This document shows, piece after piece, positions 38,872 through 49,802 of a DNA stretch of 64,000 bases; the stretch's first letter is position 1; every line of letters begins with the position of its first letter. A program made the translations under genes and the position numbers. The notes under the pieces were generated by a model, which was given only the letters and a program-made list of their open reading frames with translations, made no database searches and had not been told where the DNA came from. Source of the DNA: Candidatus Poribacteria bacterium (lineage in GTDB: Bacteria; Poribacteria; WGA-4E; PCPOR2b); assembly GCA_965208325.1 (NCBI GenBank), contig OZ242326.1, forward strand, positions 2,240,001 to 2,304,000, written 5' to 3'.

Positions 38872-41800
38872 TTAATTTCGAGATTCAGCGAGGGCAGTTT
38901 TAATGTCCTCCTGAAAGACCGATTGATCTGTGTAACCTGCGTAGTGCTTCACGATTGTTCCATTCCTATCAATTAGGAACGTCGCGGGGAGGGAATCCAA
39001 GCCATCGAATTGCGCCGCCGCATCTTGGTCCGCGATGAGGTTGGGATAGGTCACTCCAAACTTCGCAACGAATGACTTCATGTCACCCTCCCCCTTTTCG
39101 TCCAATGAAATCCCCAATACTACCAGTCCGTGAGCATTGTATTGTTCATGAAGCGCCTGAAACTGGGGAATCCCCCGCACGGACGGGGGACACCATGCTG
39201 CCCAGAAGTTTAAAAGGACGACCTCACCACTGAAATCCGAAATCGAAATCTCTTCGCCGTTCAATTTGTTCAAGTCAATGGATGGTGCTGGCTTTCCTAC
39301 AACAACACCAACCTGACTTGAGCGAGACGCTGACTCGTAAAGTTCCCATAGTCCCCTAAGTGCCGCTTCTTGATCCGTCGGCGTAGTGGCGTGAAGGGCA
39401 TCTGTGCGGAGCATTGATTCAACATCGGCATCAATCTCTCCTAGCCGCTCGTAATGGTTAGCTAGTAACATGACCAACCCGTGCCGAACTTTCGGAGTCG
39501 CCTCCGATTGAATCAACTCCTTCACCTTTCCCGGTTGTCCATTGAAAAGGTACGCTTGTCCCAATATCGTCCTACTGTTCGGGCTAGGTTCCAGTTGTAA
39601 CGCACGTTCCGCCAATTCAAGCACCTTTTTAGGCAGCACCCGTTTTGTGAGCAGCTCGGATACAAGCTGGAAATACCCCCAACCACCGCGCCCCCGCCGA
39701 TTGAGTTCTTTTTGGCGGAGATCGACCCATTGGGTGTATGCGGCTTCCGCCTTTTCAGGGTCGGCTACCTCTTTGTAAGCGTCGCCGAGTATCTCGTGGA
39801 AGGCAGGACTGTCCGCCAATTGTGCTTTAAGCGCCTCAAGCGTTGCGATTCCTTCCGCCCTGCGCCCATGAGTGCTGTAAAGATTCCACATTGATGGGAG
39901 TAGCGCCCCGCGTTCTACTTCATCCTCGGAGGAGCGCACTGCGCTAAGCATTTCGGTGATGGCGGCGTCATGTTCACCGCTGCGAGTATACAAATCAACT
40001 AGCGACCGTCGTCTCTGAACGCGTTCAAGGGGGCTCTCCTCTAGTTCAATGAGCCGCTTGTAGAGAGGTATCGCCTTCTCGCGGTCGACACCCTCATACA
40101 GTACCGCCAACGGGGCCAAGATAACCGCGCTATCGGGATTCAATCCGCGTGCGAGTTCGTAAGAGGCGATTGCTTCGCCAGGCTTGTCGTTCCATTCGTA
40201 AGTTTGCGCCAAGGCGAAGTGAGTGTCCGGATCATCGGGGTTGTCGACAACTGCTTGTGTCCGCTCTGCAATCAAATCCTCATAAAGATTCCCGTCTCTG
40301 TATGCCCTGCGCATCGCGGCTTCTGCTGTTTTTCGTCCACTGTCATCTTGGGCAACGTTTGCCATCTGCTGATACGCATTGACGGCTTCCTCGTACCGCT
40401 TTGCACCGAGGTAGCTTTGGCCGAGCATGCCATACAAGCGCTCGCTTTCCCACGGACTGTACCAACTAATTGCGGCAATTGCGTCTTCGACGAGTTTGAT
40501 TGCCGGGGTATACATCTCGCCATCAAGACAAATTGACCCTACTGTGGCGAGGAACCACATGTCCTGATTGCGATTGCTGCCCGATAGTGCAACCTCGCCT
40601 TGATTAAGTAGCTCTTTCGCCATGTCTAGCTGGCCATCTTTATTGAAAGCGGCGGCCGCGTAGTAATAGCTGCGGACATTGCCAGGTTGTATTTTGCAGA
40701 GGGTTTGATACAATTCGGCAGCCTGATTGTGGTCTTTGGTGTTCCGGTGGATTTCAGCGAGCATTTCGACGACGGCCGGGTTTTCCGGTTCCGTTTCCAA
40801 CCTCTTTTCAAAGCGTGTATTCAACTGCTCTAGTTTCCCTTGGCTTCTATAGGCGTTAATCAGGGTCTCACGAGCTTCATCTCCGGCGAAGTTGACTTTG
40901 AAACCGGATGAACTGTGGCTGATTGACATACTCGATGAACCAGAACGAGACAGCATTTCGTAGAGTTCTACCGCAAGGTCATGCTCTCCAAGCTGAACGT
41001 AAATTTGCACTAATTCGTTGGAGAGCTGATTTCGCTCCCAGCTTTGGGAGGTCATGTCGAGCGCTTTCTTAAAAGCATCGACAGCTTCTTCTAATTTTCC
41101 ATCCTGCTGATAACGTCGAGCGCGTTCTTGCTGCATCTCTAAGGTGAGAGTCCCCTCCTCCTCAGCCTTTTGAAGCATCTCCTCTAATTTTCCCTGACGC
41201 CGGTAGATGTCCAGCAACTGCCGTTCAATATCACGTCGTTCCCACTCTTGTCCCGTATATTGAATGGCATCATCGAACGCCTTTTCGGCGGAATCCAGGT
41301 CATTCTTCCGGAGATAAAGTTGCGCCAATTCTCGGTACGCCTGCCCATCGCCCGGTCCAAATTCAATCGCTTTATTGAAGGATTCAATGGCATCATCAAT
41401 GTGATTCTCTGCCGCATAGACTCGTGCAAGGCGAATGTAGTGGATACCGCTATCTGCCTCGCCTTCAATGTATTTCTGGGCTAGGTCAAGCGCCTCGGGG
41501 AACCTGCCCGCTTCACGCAAGGAGTTGACAATGCCGTCTTGGTATTTTGTGTTTTCCGGGTCGGCCTCAAGCAAACCTTGCCAAGTGCCAATTGCCTTGT
41601 CGTGATTATTTTGGCGGGTATAGATGTTAGCAAGTTGCGCTCGAGATTCGAAATCTTCCGGCATTACTTGTGCGATTTGCTCGTAAATCTCCACCGCTTT
41701 GCTGAGTTCATTCTGCTGCATGTACTGCTGTGCTAACATCCGCTGCATGCCGAGATTTGCCCCTGCCATCTCTTCCAACTTTTCAGGCAGCCGTGTCGTG

Positions 41801-44800
41801 GTCTGGAGTCCGCCCTTACGGGATTTAACCTCAATCAAACGTTGCTGTGCTTGTTCTCTTGCCCATTTATCTGCCGACAAGTCGTTCACAATTTCCGTGA
41901 ACGTCGCTTCCGCGTCATCCCACATCTCGTGTTGCATATATAGTGTGGCGATTTCCTGTTTCTCCCAGTACCCACCACTGCCGCCATACATCATCAAACG
42001 CATCATTCCCATCTTTCGGAATGCGCCCTTTGCCTGCTCTTTCTCGCCCTTCTGAGCGTAGACTGCACCGAGTTTTCGGTAAATGTCAGATAGCTGCCAG
42101 AATCGCTGCGGATCAAGTTTTTTAGCGGCGGCTTCAAGCATCCGGAGTTCACGGTTGCGGTCGCCCGCACCACGATAAGCGTCTGCTAAACCGCTCAGTC
42201 GTTGAGCGTTCACAGACACAACGTTATCGTCAATAAGTTGATTAACCAGCGGGTCTGACCCTTCAAGGTCATTCGCCGCAATTTTCATCGACGCAACCAG
42301 ATAGAGCAGCGACGAGTCTCCCGGCTCCTCAGCGAGTTTAGCTTCATATTCCGCTAACAGTATCTCTATGTTACCTGATGACTTATAGAGTTCGGTCAGC
42401 TTGGATACAATCCCCACTTGTATTTGGGGATTCTGCGAGATTGTTGCCGACTCCGTATCTAACTTTTCGCGTAAAAACTCGATTGCTTTCTCTCGTTCAC
42501 CCGCAGCCGCATAGGCTGATGCTAGGTTTGCATAGGTGTTATGCCCATCAGGGAGAACCTCATGAATCTTTTCGTAGATTTGGACCGCAGCTTGCGCATT
42601 GTTATTCTCGATACACCGATCTGCCACGTTTTGGGCAAAATGGTTCACGTAAGTTCGCCCAACAGATGGCGCAATCATATCCTTAACGATGGAAACCAAT
42701 TCATCGACTTTACCCGCTTGGAAGAAGGTTTCCATCAACTCCCAATAGTTGTAACCGAGCGCATTCGGATTTTGCTTTAGAAGGGCAACGTATTGAACTA
42801 CTGCATCTGCCGCGTTACCGCTGCGCTGTAACATCTGGGCGTACCGCTGTCGGGTCATGCTGTCTTTTGGACGGAGGGCGAGCGCCGCATCGAATGCCGC
42901 CGAGGCTTTCTTGACCTGGTTTGTGCTTTCGTAATACGATGCCAACCGCACTTGTGCTTGGAACGAATTCGGGTTCTTTTCAGTGGCTTCGACCAACTGA
43001 GGTTCGCGTTCACGTACGGTTCTGGATCGACTCACTAGATGCGCAGCCTGCTGGAAACCCCACGAGTGCAGGGTCTGGCCATAGCGGTCGCGTTGACTTG
43101 CGAACCGCAATGCGCGTTCAGCTATGAGCGTAGCATCCTGTCCCCGGCCGAGGTCCTCCAAGTGCGAACTCAACTCCATCAAGAAATTTGGGTCGCGTTG
43201 CCCCATCGCCAATGTCACCACCTTCTTGGCGACAGCGATGGCGTATTGCGTTAAACCCGCCTGCTGGAGAGTCTGTGAAAACTGATAAAGCTCGCGGACC
43301 CCAACCGGCGAATTCAATACTTTCGTCATCAACTCCCGAACCTTCACAGTGTTGCCGGTGTGAGCGGCAAGCTGAAGGGAAAGGTCATAATACTGTCTCC
43401 GATTTCGTGGGTCAAGCCCGGCAAGCTCGTCGAGTAATTCTAATGCAGTTGCATGCAATCCCGTCTGAATTGAGACAAATACCGTGTTAACCTTGAGCGT
43501 GAGATCACGAGGGAAATCGTTTTGTAATGCGGACAGAATTTCCTGTGCTTCGTCTCGTTTACCGCCCCACCAATAGCAGTAACTTAACGCTAAACCGGGA
43601 AAGATACGGTCCCTGCCTTCAGCGTCTTCCAACTTATCCTGGAGTGTTGTGGTCAGCGCTTCCTGTTGATTTCTCGTCCAAAACTGGCTGAATACCTGTT
43701 GGAGATACTGCAAACGGGATTGATCATAGTAAATTGTGGGCGATGGATAGTTGGATTGAATGGGCGTATGTCCGCCGTAGGAATGTGACGAGTATGCTAG
43801 TGTTGCAACCTTTCGGGGATTTGTGGAATTCGGTTTGGTCCTGTCAAAAAATGTCCAGTAGAGTTCAATACTTTTGTCGGTGTGCCCTTCGCGGACATAT
43901 GCAGCTGCGAGAGACTGGTAGATACTCACATACCGCCACCATTGCTGCTGCGCGAATGAAGTCATCCCCGTTACAGTCGGGGAACCCGCCGGAGTCAACG
44001 GAATCTGTAGTTGGGCGAGAAGACGTTCCGCCGCTTCAATTCTTCCCATTTGGGTGAGCATCGTGACAAGTGCCGAAACCGTGTTTAAATCCGTCACGTT
44101 TGCAGTTTCAAGATTGTCTACTATTTCCGCGGCATCTGCCTGCCGGCCTTGATTGTAGAGCACCCCAACGTAACTTGCAGTGAACCAAAGCCGTGCTTCG
44201 GATGTCAATCCCACCATTTCTTCTAGACGTTGTTTGAACGTGTCAGGATCGAGGTTTTGCTGCATTGATTGAGTCAAACGCATCGCTTGGTACGCCAAAT
44301 CATTGGGGGAGGCAGCAATCAGCCGTTCCGTGACTTCAGCGACTTTATCGGTGTTTTGGAGGATTGTGTAGAGTTGCGCTAATCTTTCGAGGGCATTTAT
44401 GTCCTTAGGATTAGCCGCTGCCTCGGCTTCAAATTGCTGGGTGAGTTCACTCAGTTTACCGCGCTGCTGGGCAATTGTAGTCAGTTGCACGAAAGCGCCT
44501 GCTTGGGCTTCTTCAAAGCTGTTCGGCATCCACGGTGTCCCGCTTCCGCCGCCATACGGCTGTTGCTGTATCTGCCAAACGAGACGTTGAGCGAGGCTGA
44601 ATCGGTTGATGTTGATACCGGGAGGCCCGTAAGTTGGTGCAGGCGGACTTGCTTTAATAGCCTGAGCTACATTTTTCGGTGGTTTCGGCATCTCTAGAAT
44701 CCGCAAGAAATGCGGTCGCGCGAGGTCCAACTCGTTCATTTCAACCAAAGCCGCTCCGACCTGATAAACCGATTTTGCATCTTGCACCTTTTCGCCCGCT

Positions 44801-44952
44801 CGGTTGAGAGCCAATAGCGCTTCATCAAGAAGACCGTGCCGAATTAACAACGCCGCCAGTTTGATTTCTGCTTCAAGCGTTTGATTTCGCGAGTGCAGCA
44901 GCTTGGTCCACGCCTGAATCGCCTCCTGTTCCCGACCCAGATCGAACAACAA
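38872..44952 (-). CDS. Giant TPR repeat protein, C-terminal part with thioredoxin-like (TlpA) domain; frameshifted from the upstream ORF
   Basis: Many TPR-like helical repeats; C-terminal GKPAP..VVLLNFWAAWCPPS..LPATFLIDRNG. Confidence 0.8.
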   Translation of the reverse strand: MLFDLGREQEAIQAWTKLLHSRNQTLEAEIKLAALLIRHGLLDEALLALNRAGEKVQDAKSVYQVGAALVEMNELDLARPHFLRILEMPKPPKNVAQAIKASPPAPTYGPPGININRFSLAQRLVWQIQQQPYGGGSGTPWMPNSFEEAQAGAFVQLTTIAQQRGKLSELTQQFEAEAAANPKDINALERLAQLYTILQNTDKVAEVTERLIAASPNDLAYQAMRLTQSMQQNLDPDTFKQRLEEMVGLTSEARLWFTASYVGVLYNQGRQADAAEIVDNLETANVTDLNTVSALVTMLTQMGRIEAAERLLAQLQIPLTPAGSPTVTGMTSFAQQQWWRYVSIYQSLAAAYVREGHTDKSIELYWTFFDRTKPNSTNPRKVATLAYSSHSYGGHTPIQSNYPSPTIYYDQSRLQYLQQVFSQFWTRNQQEALTTTLQDKLEDAEGRDRIFPGLALSYCYWWGGKRDEAQEILSALQNDFPRDLTLKVNTVFVSIQTGLHATALELLDELAGLDPRNRRQYYDLSLQLAAHTGNTVKVRELMTKVLNSPVGVRELYQFSQTLQQAGLTQYAIAVAKKVVTLAMGQRDPNFLMELSSHLEDLGRGQDATLIAERALRFASQRDRYGQTLHSWGFQQAAHLVSRSRTVREREPQLVEATEKNPNSFQAQVRLASYYESTNQVKKASAAFDAALALRPKDSMTRQRYAQMLQRSGNAADAVVQYVALLKQNPNALGYNYWELMETFFQAGKVDELVSIVKDMIAPSVGRTYVNHFAQNVADRCIENNNAQAAVQIYEKIHEVLPDGHNTYANLASAYAAAGEREKAIEFLREKLDTESATISQNPQIQVGIVSKLTELYKSSGNIEILLAEYEAKLAEEPGDSSLLYLVASMKIAANDLEGSDPLVNQLIDDNVVSVNAQRLSGLADAYRGAGDRNRELRMLEAAAKKLDPQRFWQLSDIYRKLGAVYAQKGEKEQAKGAFRKMGMMRLMMYGGSGGYWEKQEIATLYMQHEMWDDAEATFTEIVNDLSADKWAREQAQQRLIEVKSRKGGLQTTTRLPEKLEEMAGANLGMQRMLAQQYMQQNELSKAVEIYEQIAQVMPEDFESRAQLANIYTRQNNHDKAIGTWQGLLEADPENTKYQDGIVNSLREAGRFPEALDLAQKYIEGEADSGIHYIRLARVYAAENHIDDAIESFNKAIEFGPGDGQAYRELAQLYLRKNDLDSAEKAFDDAIQYTGQEWERRDIERQLLDIYRRQGKLEEMLQKAEEEGTLTLEMQQERARRYQQDGKLEEAVDAFKKALDMTSQSWERNQLSNELVQIYVQLGEHDLAVELYEMLSRSGSSSMSISHSSSGFKVNFAGDEARETLINAYRSQGKLEQLNTRFEKRLETEPENPAVVEMLAEIHRNTKDHNQAAELYQTLCKIQPGNVRSYYYAAAAFNKDGQLDMAKELLNQGEVALSGSNRNQDMWFLATVGSICLDGEMYTPAIKLVEDAIAAISWYSPWESERLYGMLGQSYLGAKRYEEAVNAYQQMANVAQDDSGRKTAEAAMRRAYRDGNLYEDLIAERTQAVVDNPDDPDTHFALAQTYEWNDKPGEAIASYELARGLNPDSAVILAPLAVLYEGVDREKAIPLYKRLIELEESPLERVQRRRSLVDLYTRSGEHDAAITEMLSAVRSSEDEVERGALLPSMWNLYSTHGRRAEGIATLEALKAQLADSPAFHEILGDAYKEVADPEKAEAAYTQWVDLRQKELNRRGRGGWGYFQLVSELLTKRVLPKKVLELAERALQLEPSPNSRTILGQAYLFNGQPGKVKELIQSEATPKVRHGLVMLLANHYERLGEIDADVESMLRTDALHATTPTDQEAALRGLWELYESASRSSQVGVVVGKPAPSIDLNKLNGEEISISDFSGEVVLLNFWAAWCPPSVRGIPQFQALHEQYNAHGLVVLGISLDEKGEGDMKSFVAKFGVTYPNLIADQDAAAQFDGLDSLPATFLIDRNGTIVKHYAGYTDQSVFQEDIKTALAESRN

Positions 44953-47534
44953 GTCCCCAAACGCTGCTGGTGGAATGGATCGGGTTCCACCTTGACCAAC
45001 CGCTGCAGATAGGTCAGCGCATCCTGCGTATCGCCTAGATTGCGGCTGATTTCGACCAGTTGCGCCAGAAGATTCGAATCATCGCGCTCCCGGTCTAAAG
45101 CCTGCGCCAATTGGAATCGCGCACCCAGTAGGTCACCTTCAATCTGATAGAACTCAGCCAACGCCAAGACCGGGCCAATATCGGACGGATTCGCTTTTGA
45201 CATCTGCTTCAACTTGTCTTCAAACTCATCGGCCCGCCCCAAGTCGTAGTATGCGTCGGATAGCGGTTTAACGAAGGTGAGCTTGTCGTCCACACTTTCC
45301 CCCAACTCCCAGCAGCGCCAGTATTGTTCGATTGCCTGACGAACATTCCCCGATAGTTTGTAAATTTCTGCAAGCTCCTCCCTGATGTCGGTGTCTTCTG
45401 GACGAAGGCGGATTGCCTGCTTGAGACTGTCGGAGGAGGTTTCATAGTTCCCAATCTGTTTTGCAATTTCCGCCAACATTTGATGTCCTTCTGGGTTGCG
45501 CGGACTGTGCGCGACCGTTTGCTTCGCCGCCGCTGTCGCCGCATCAAAATCCATCGCGTCCAAATGGGAACGCGCAATTTTCGCATAATGTTCCCGTGAG
45601 TTCGCGCTGTCAATCTGAACGAGGTGTTCAAAAATGGCGACCGCTTCGTGGCGCAGGCCTTGCTGGACATAGATGTCGGCAAGCCAACGGGTGATCTGCA
45701 CATCATCTGGCTTGAGTTCTTTCGCCCGAATAAGAGTTTCAAGCGCATTGGTCAAGTTCCCCAATTTTAAATACATCTTGGCAAGTTGTTTCCGCTGGTC
45801 GAAAGATTCGGGTTCTGCTTCCAGTTCGTCAATTTTCCCCGCAAGCGTTCCCTGCTGCCGAAAGATTTCAATCCGTTGGTCTCCCATCTGCTCCGCAAAG
45901 AATTCGTTTGGTGCAAGTTTCGTCGCTTCAACATATTCAGTTAATGCCTCTTCGTAATCCTTGTTTTCCATCAATCGCCGCGCGAATGCCTCACGATATC
46001 GGTATTCTTCGGGCGCTAACTCCACGGCTTTTCGGCTCGCGCTAATCGCGTCGGTTTGAAAGTCCTTCGCATCAAGCAACTGTGCAAGCCTATCATAATT
46101 CTCAGCCATTGCACGCTCTCCGTCAACCATCCGATTCCACGTTGCCGCAGCCTTCTGGCGGGAACCCTGACGGAAGTAGAATTCGCCAAAATATTCGATG
46201 TAATCGAGATTGTCCGGCGCAAGCGAAATCGCCTTTTCATATGCCGCAATTGCATCGTCCAGCCAATCATGACCCGCGTAAATCTCTGCGAGAATAAGAT
46301 GCGTCCCAGCGTTCTCAGGATCTCGGTCTATCATCCGCTGGTACGCACCCTTCGCCCGTACTTTGTCCTCAAGCTGCAGATACAACTCTCCAAGTTCCCG
46401 GTAAATGCCAAAACCGTCAGGCTGTTCTTCACTGAGGATTTCATACTCCGCCGCCGCATCTTCAAATCTTTCAGCGGTGCGAAATGCGGCGATTAGGTTT
46501 AGGCGTAATCCAGCGTCCGTCGGGGCGAGTTCCAATGCCTTTCGATATGAATCAATTCCGTCGTCAAGTTGTTGATTCTCAATATACGCTGAAGCCAGTA
46601 GGCCGATGAGTTCTGGGGCATTCGGCGTCCCGCTGAGTTTGTCTTGATAGTACGCGATTAATCCTTCCCAATCCCCGTCGGCAGCGTAGATGCCGATGAT
46701 ACGATGCTGAAGGTCTTTCCGCAGCCAATTGCCCTGTCCCGTCAATGCAAGCGCAGCGTCATAACGTTGGATGGCGCCAGCATAGTCCCCCTGCTCTTCC
46801 TGTATCTTCCCAATTTCCCGACGACTCAGACACACGCGGTAAGGGTCATCGGATTTGAGCTGAATTATCGCTTCGTGTTGTTTAATGGCTTGGCCATAGA
46901 ATTCTTGTTCGCGGAACAGGTCGGCGAGTTCGATGCGGGCGAAGATGTTCTCCGGTTCAAGTTCAGAGATTTTCCCCCACGCCAAAATCGCTTCGTCCAC
47001 ACGGTCTCTGCTGAAATAGGCGCGGCCAAGGGTTTTATAGAGTGCAGTCAGGTCATCAAGCGTAGCAGACTTGGTTTCAATTGCGTATTCAGCCGATTGC
47101 GTCAATGCGGCAATTGCCTTCTCGTATTGGCGCAGCGCGGCATACGTTTGTCCAAGCGCAAAGTGGGGATAGTAGTTTTTCGGGGCAAGTTCAACAGCGC
47201 GTTGATACGCTGATACGGCCTCATTGTCCTTACCGAGCCGTTTGTAGATGTGTCCTAGAATCAACTGAAGGTTGGGGTTGTTCGGGTTGGCTAGTGCTGC
47301 TGTTTGATAATCGGCGGCCATGGCGTCCAAGCCGGCGCCTTCGAGGTAGAATTGGTACAAGCGGTCGAAGGTGCTTCCCGCTTTCGGCTTACGCTCAAGC
47401 ATCTGCTTGTAGCGGGCAATGACTTTGTCGCCGTTAGTCTCATCTTGGGCAATGGTGAGTGATGAGGGAAACAAGATGCAGCAGACGAGATACAATATGC
47501 AAGGGACACTACGGCAAAATCTTGGGACAAACAT
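44844..47534 (-). CDS. Giant TPR repeat protein, N-terminal part (signal peptide + TPRs)
   Basis: AGGAGG RBS, signal peptide, TPR repeats; reading degenerates after HQQRLG at about 44955. Confidence 0.8.
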   Translation of the reverse strand: MFVPRFCRSVPCILYLVCCILFPSSLTIAQDETNGDKVIARYKQMLERKPKAGSTFDRLYQFYLEGAGLDAMAADYQTAALANPNNPNLQLILGHIYKRLGKDNEAVSAYQRAVELAPKNYYPHFALGQTYAALRQYEKAIAALTQSAEYAIETKSATLDDLTALYKTLGRAYFSRDRVDEAILAWGKISELEPENIFARIELADLFREQEFYGQAIKQHEAIIQLKSDDPYRVCLSRREIGKIQEEQGDYAGAIQRYDAALALTGQGNWLRKDLQHRIIGIYAADGDWEGLIAYYQDKLSGTPNAPELIGLLASAYIENQQLDDGIDSYRKALELAPTDAGLRLNLIAAFRTAERFEDAAAEYEILSEEQPDGFGIYRELGELYLQLEDKVRAKGAYQRMIDRDPENAGTHLILAEIYAGHDWLDDAIAAYEKAISLAPDNLDYIEYFGEFYFRQGSRQKAAATWNRMVDGERAMAENYDRLAQLLDAKDFQTDAISASRKAVELAPEEYRYREAFARRLMENKDYEEALTEYVEATKLAPNEFFAEQMGDQRIEIFRQQGTLAGKIDELEAEPESFDQRKQLAKMYLKLGNLTNALETLIRAKELKPDDVQITRWLADIYVQQGLRHEAVAIFEHLVQIDSANSREHYAKIARSHLDAMDFDAATAAAKQTVAHSPRNPEGHQMLAEIAKQIGNYETSSDSLKQAIRLRPEDTDIREELAEIYKLSGNVRQAIEQYWRCWELGESVDDKLTFVKPLSDAYYDLGRADEFEDKLKQMSKANPSDIGPVLALAEFYQIEGDLLGARFQLAQALDRERDDSNLLAQLVEISRNLGDTQDALTYLQRLVKVEPDPFHQQRLGTCCSIWVGNRRRFRRGPSCCTREIKRLKQKSNWRRC

Positions 47535-47762
47535 GAAGAATCCTCCTTGAGAGCGTGGACACGATTGGAAGGCGGCACAAAACGCCTTAAAGTGTTAAGA
47601 CGTGAAATTAGAAAGTTGCGTTTAATTGGCTAAGTTGTTTCCCAAACGTCAAACCCTCAAACATAGCCGCCGTGTGTGATGCGCTCGACCGAATAAATGT
47701 GGCTTGTCTCTTTCGCAGAATTCTGCCTGGACTGTTGCCAAATTGATCCGGTGGGTATGGAA

Positions 47763-49625
47763 TCATCGCGTTGCCTGTTCCATAATGTCCGTCATCCGGG
47801 CGACAAAGTCAGTCGGAGTTTCCATATTTCCATCAATTAATAACGCTCCTTCATATAGTTGCAGGGCGCAGCTTTTGAGAATTGCCTCGTCGCTTTTGCT
47901 CCGGTGGAGCTGCGCCAAATTTTTAATCAACGGATGCGTGGGGTTAATCTCCAAGATTTTCTTGGATTCGCCAATCTGCCCGCCCATCATTTTCATCATC
48001 CGTTCCATCTGCCTGTCCATACCGCTCGCGCCAACAACCAGGGTCGCCGCCGAATCAACCAGCCTTTTAGAAGCAACAACATCCTCCACCTTGTCGCCAA
48101 GCTGTTCATTGAAAAAAGAAATCAGCGATTTTATATCTTCTTCAGACAGAGTATCGTTAGGGCTATCCTCGTCAGGTTTAAAATCTATGTCCGCCTTTTC
48201 GATGCTCTTCAGCGGCTTACCGTCATACTCGTGAAGATGCGGGATGTTGAAGACATCGCCTGCATCAACGAAAAACAGTACTTCGATGTCCTTTTTTCTA
48301 AAGTATTCCAAACTAGGGTTTCGTTCAACCGCATCTCTGTTGTCGCCTGAAAGGTAATAAATCTCCGTCTGATCCTCCGGCATACCGTCAACATATTCCT
48401 TTAAAGAAGTGAACTTCCCTTTTTCGGCCTTGGAGGATTCGAACCGTAAGAGATTTATCAATCGGTCTCTATTGGCGAAATCCGAACCTGCTCCTGTTTT
48501 AAAGAGCAGTCCAAAGTTCTTAAAAAACTTCTCATATTTCTCCGATTCATTTTCTGCCCAGTCTTCCAACAGCGAAAGAATCCTACCCGTTATCACGTCC
48601 TTAATTTTCGCCATGACCGGACTGGACTGTGTCACCTCGCGGGACACATTTAAGGGTAAATCTTCCGTATCAACAACACCCGACACAAAATGGAGGTATT
48701 CAGGAAGCAATTCTTTACAATCGTCTTGGATAAAGATTCTACTGGAATACAAATGCAGCGACCTCAAGTCTTCCACTCTAAAATAGTTAAGCGGCGGCGT
48801 GTCAGGAAAAAAAATTAATGCTTTGAAATTTACACGTCCTTCAATTGATAGGTGCAGATAGCCAAGCGGCGGATTATAGTCGTTGGAAATGAACTTATAA
48901 AACTCAGTTCGTTCTTCTTCTGTTATTTCATTCTTGTTCTTATGCCATAACGCACTTATGGTATTCACTTCCTCCCCGCCGACATAGATGGGAAAGTCGG
49001 CAAAGTTGGAGTATTTCTTGATGACGCCTTTAACCCGATCGTCATCGCTAAAATCCTTAGCGTCGTCTTTCAATTTGAAGAATATTTTCGTCCCTCGCTC
49101 TTCGAGCGGGATTTCCTCAATGGTAAATTTGCCTTCGCCAGTAGATTCCCACTGGTACCCAATTGAGTCTGGATCGGCATGGCGAGTTTGAATCGTCACC
49201 TTATCCGTGACCATGAATACCGAATAAAAACCGATGCCAAACTCACCTATCAGATTGCCGTCGAACGGCTTGTTCTCGGTCTTCAATCTCTGAAAAAACT
49301 CTAACGTTCCTGAACTTGCTACTGTGCCGATTCTGTCAATTAAATCAGACTTTGTCATACCGACGCCCGAATCCGTAATGGAAAACGTCTGTTCCTCGGC
49401 GTCAAGCGCAATGTTAATCCGCAGCGGAACGTCAGGGTTCAAAATATTGCGGTCCGTCAACTGTTGGAAACGAACTTTGTTCAAGGCATCGGAAGCGTTG
49501 GAAATTAGCTCGCGAAGAAATACTTCGGGATGCGTGTAAAGTGAGTGTACAATGAGATGAAGGAGCTGTTTCATCTCAGCCTTATATTCAAACTCTTGGG
49601 AATGTTCAGTGTCAATGTTAGACAT
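47763..49625 (-). CDS. htpG: Molecular chaperone HtpG (Hsp90)
   Basis: HSLYTHPEVFLRELISNASDA, IGEFGIGFYS, GVVDTEDLPLNVSRE, ILEINPTHPLI. Confidence 0.97.
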   Translation of the reverse strand: MSNIDTEHSQEFEYKAEMKQLLHLIVHSLYTHPEVFLRELISNASDALNKVRFQQLTDRNILNPDVPLRINIALDAEEQTFSITDSGVGMTKSDLIDRIGTVASSGTLEFFQRLKTENKPFDGNLIGEFGIGFYSVFMVTDKVTIQTRHADPDSIGYQWESTGEGKFTIEEIPLEERGTKIFFKLKDDAKDFSDDDRVKGVIKKYSNFADFPIYVGGEEVNTISALWHKNKNEITEEERTEFYKFISNDYNPPLGYLHLSIEGRVNFKALIFFPDTPPLNYFRVEDLRSLHLYSSRIFIQDDCKELLPEYLHFVSGVVDTEDLPLNVSREVTQSSPVMAKIKDVITGRILSLLEDWAENESEKYEKFFKNFGLLFKTGAGSDFANRDRLINLLRFESSKAEKGKFTSLKEYVDGMPEDQTEIYYLSGDNRDAVERNPSLEYFRKKDIEVLFFVDAGDVFNIPHLHEYDGKPLKSIEKADIDFKPDEDSPNDTLSEEDIKSLISFFNEQLGDKVEDVVASKRLVDSAATLVVGASGMDRQMERMMKMMGGQIGESKKILEINPTHPLIKNLAQLHRSKSDEAILKSCALQLYEGALLIDGNMETPTDFVARMTDIMEQATR

Positions 49626-49802
49626 GATTCTAAATTCTCCTCTTAATTAGGCAAACCTCGCCGAAATCTCCCTTAAATTATTGCTGTGACATGATGTGTT
49701 GAATCTTTAAATCGTGCTGTATGGAACGGGAAACCAAGATTTAACCTACATTTTTATCCTTGTCCTAATAGCTGGAAGTCCGGATTTAATTTTGTTTGGC
49801 CC

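Noticed and set aside
39170..39200. Selenocysteine in the thioredoxin-like motif
   Set aside because: Codons read TGT CCC CCG TCC; no in-frame TGA
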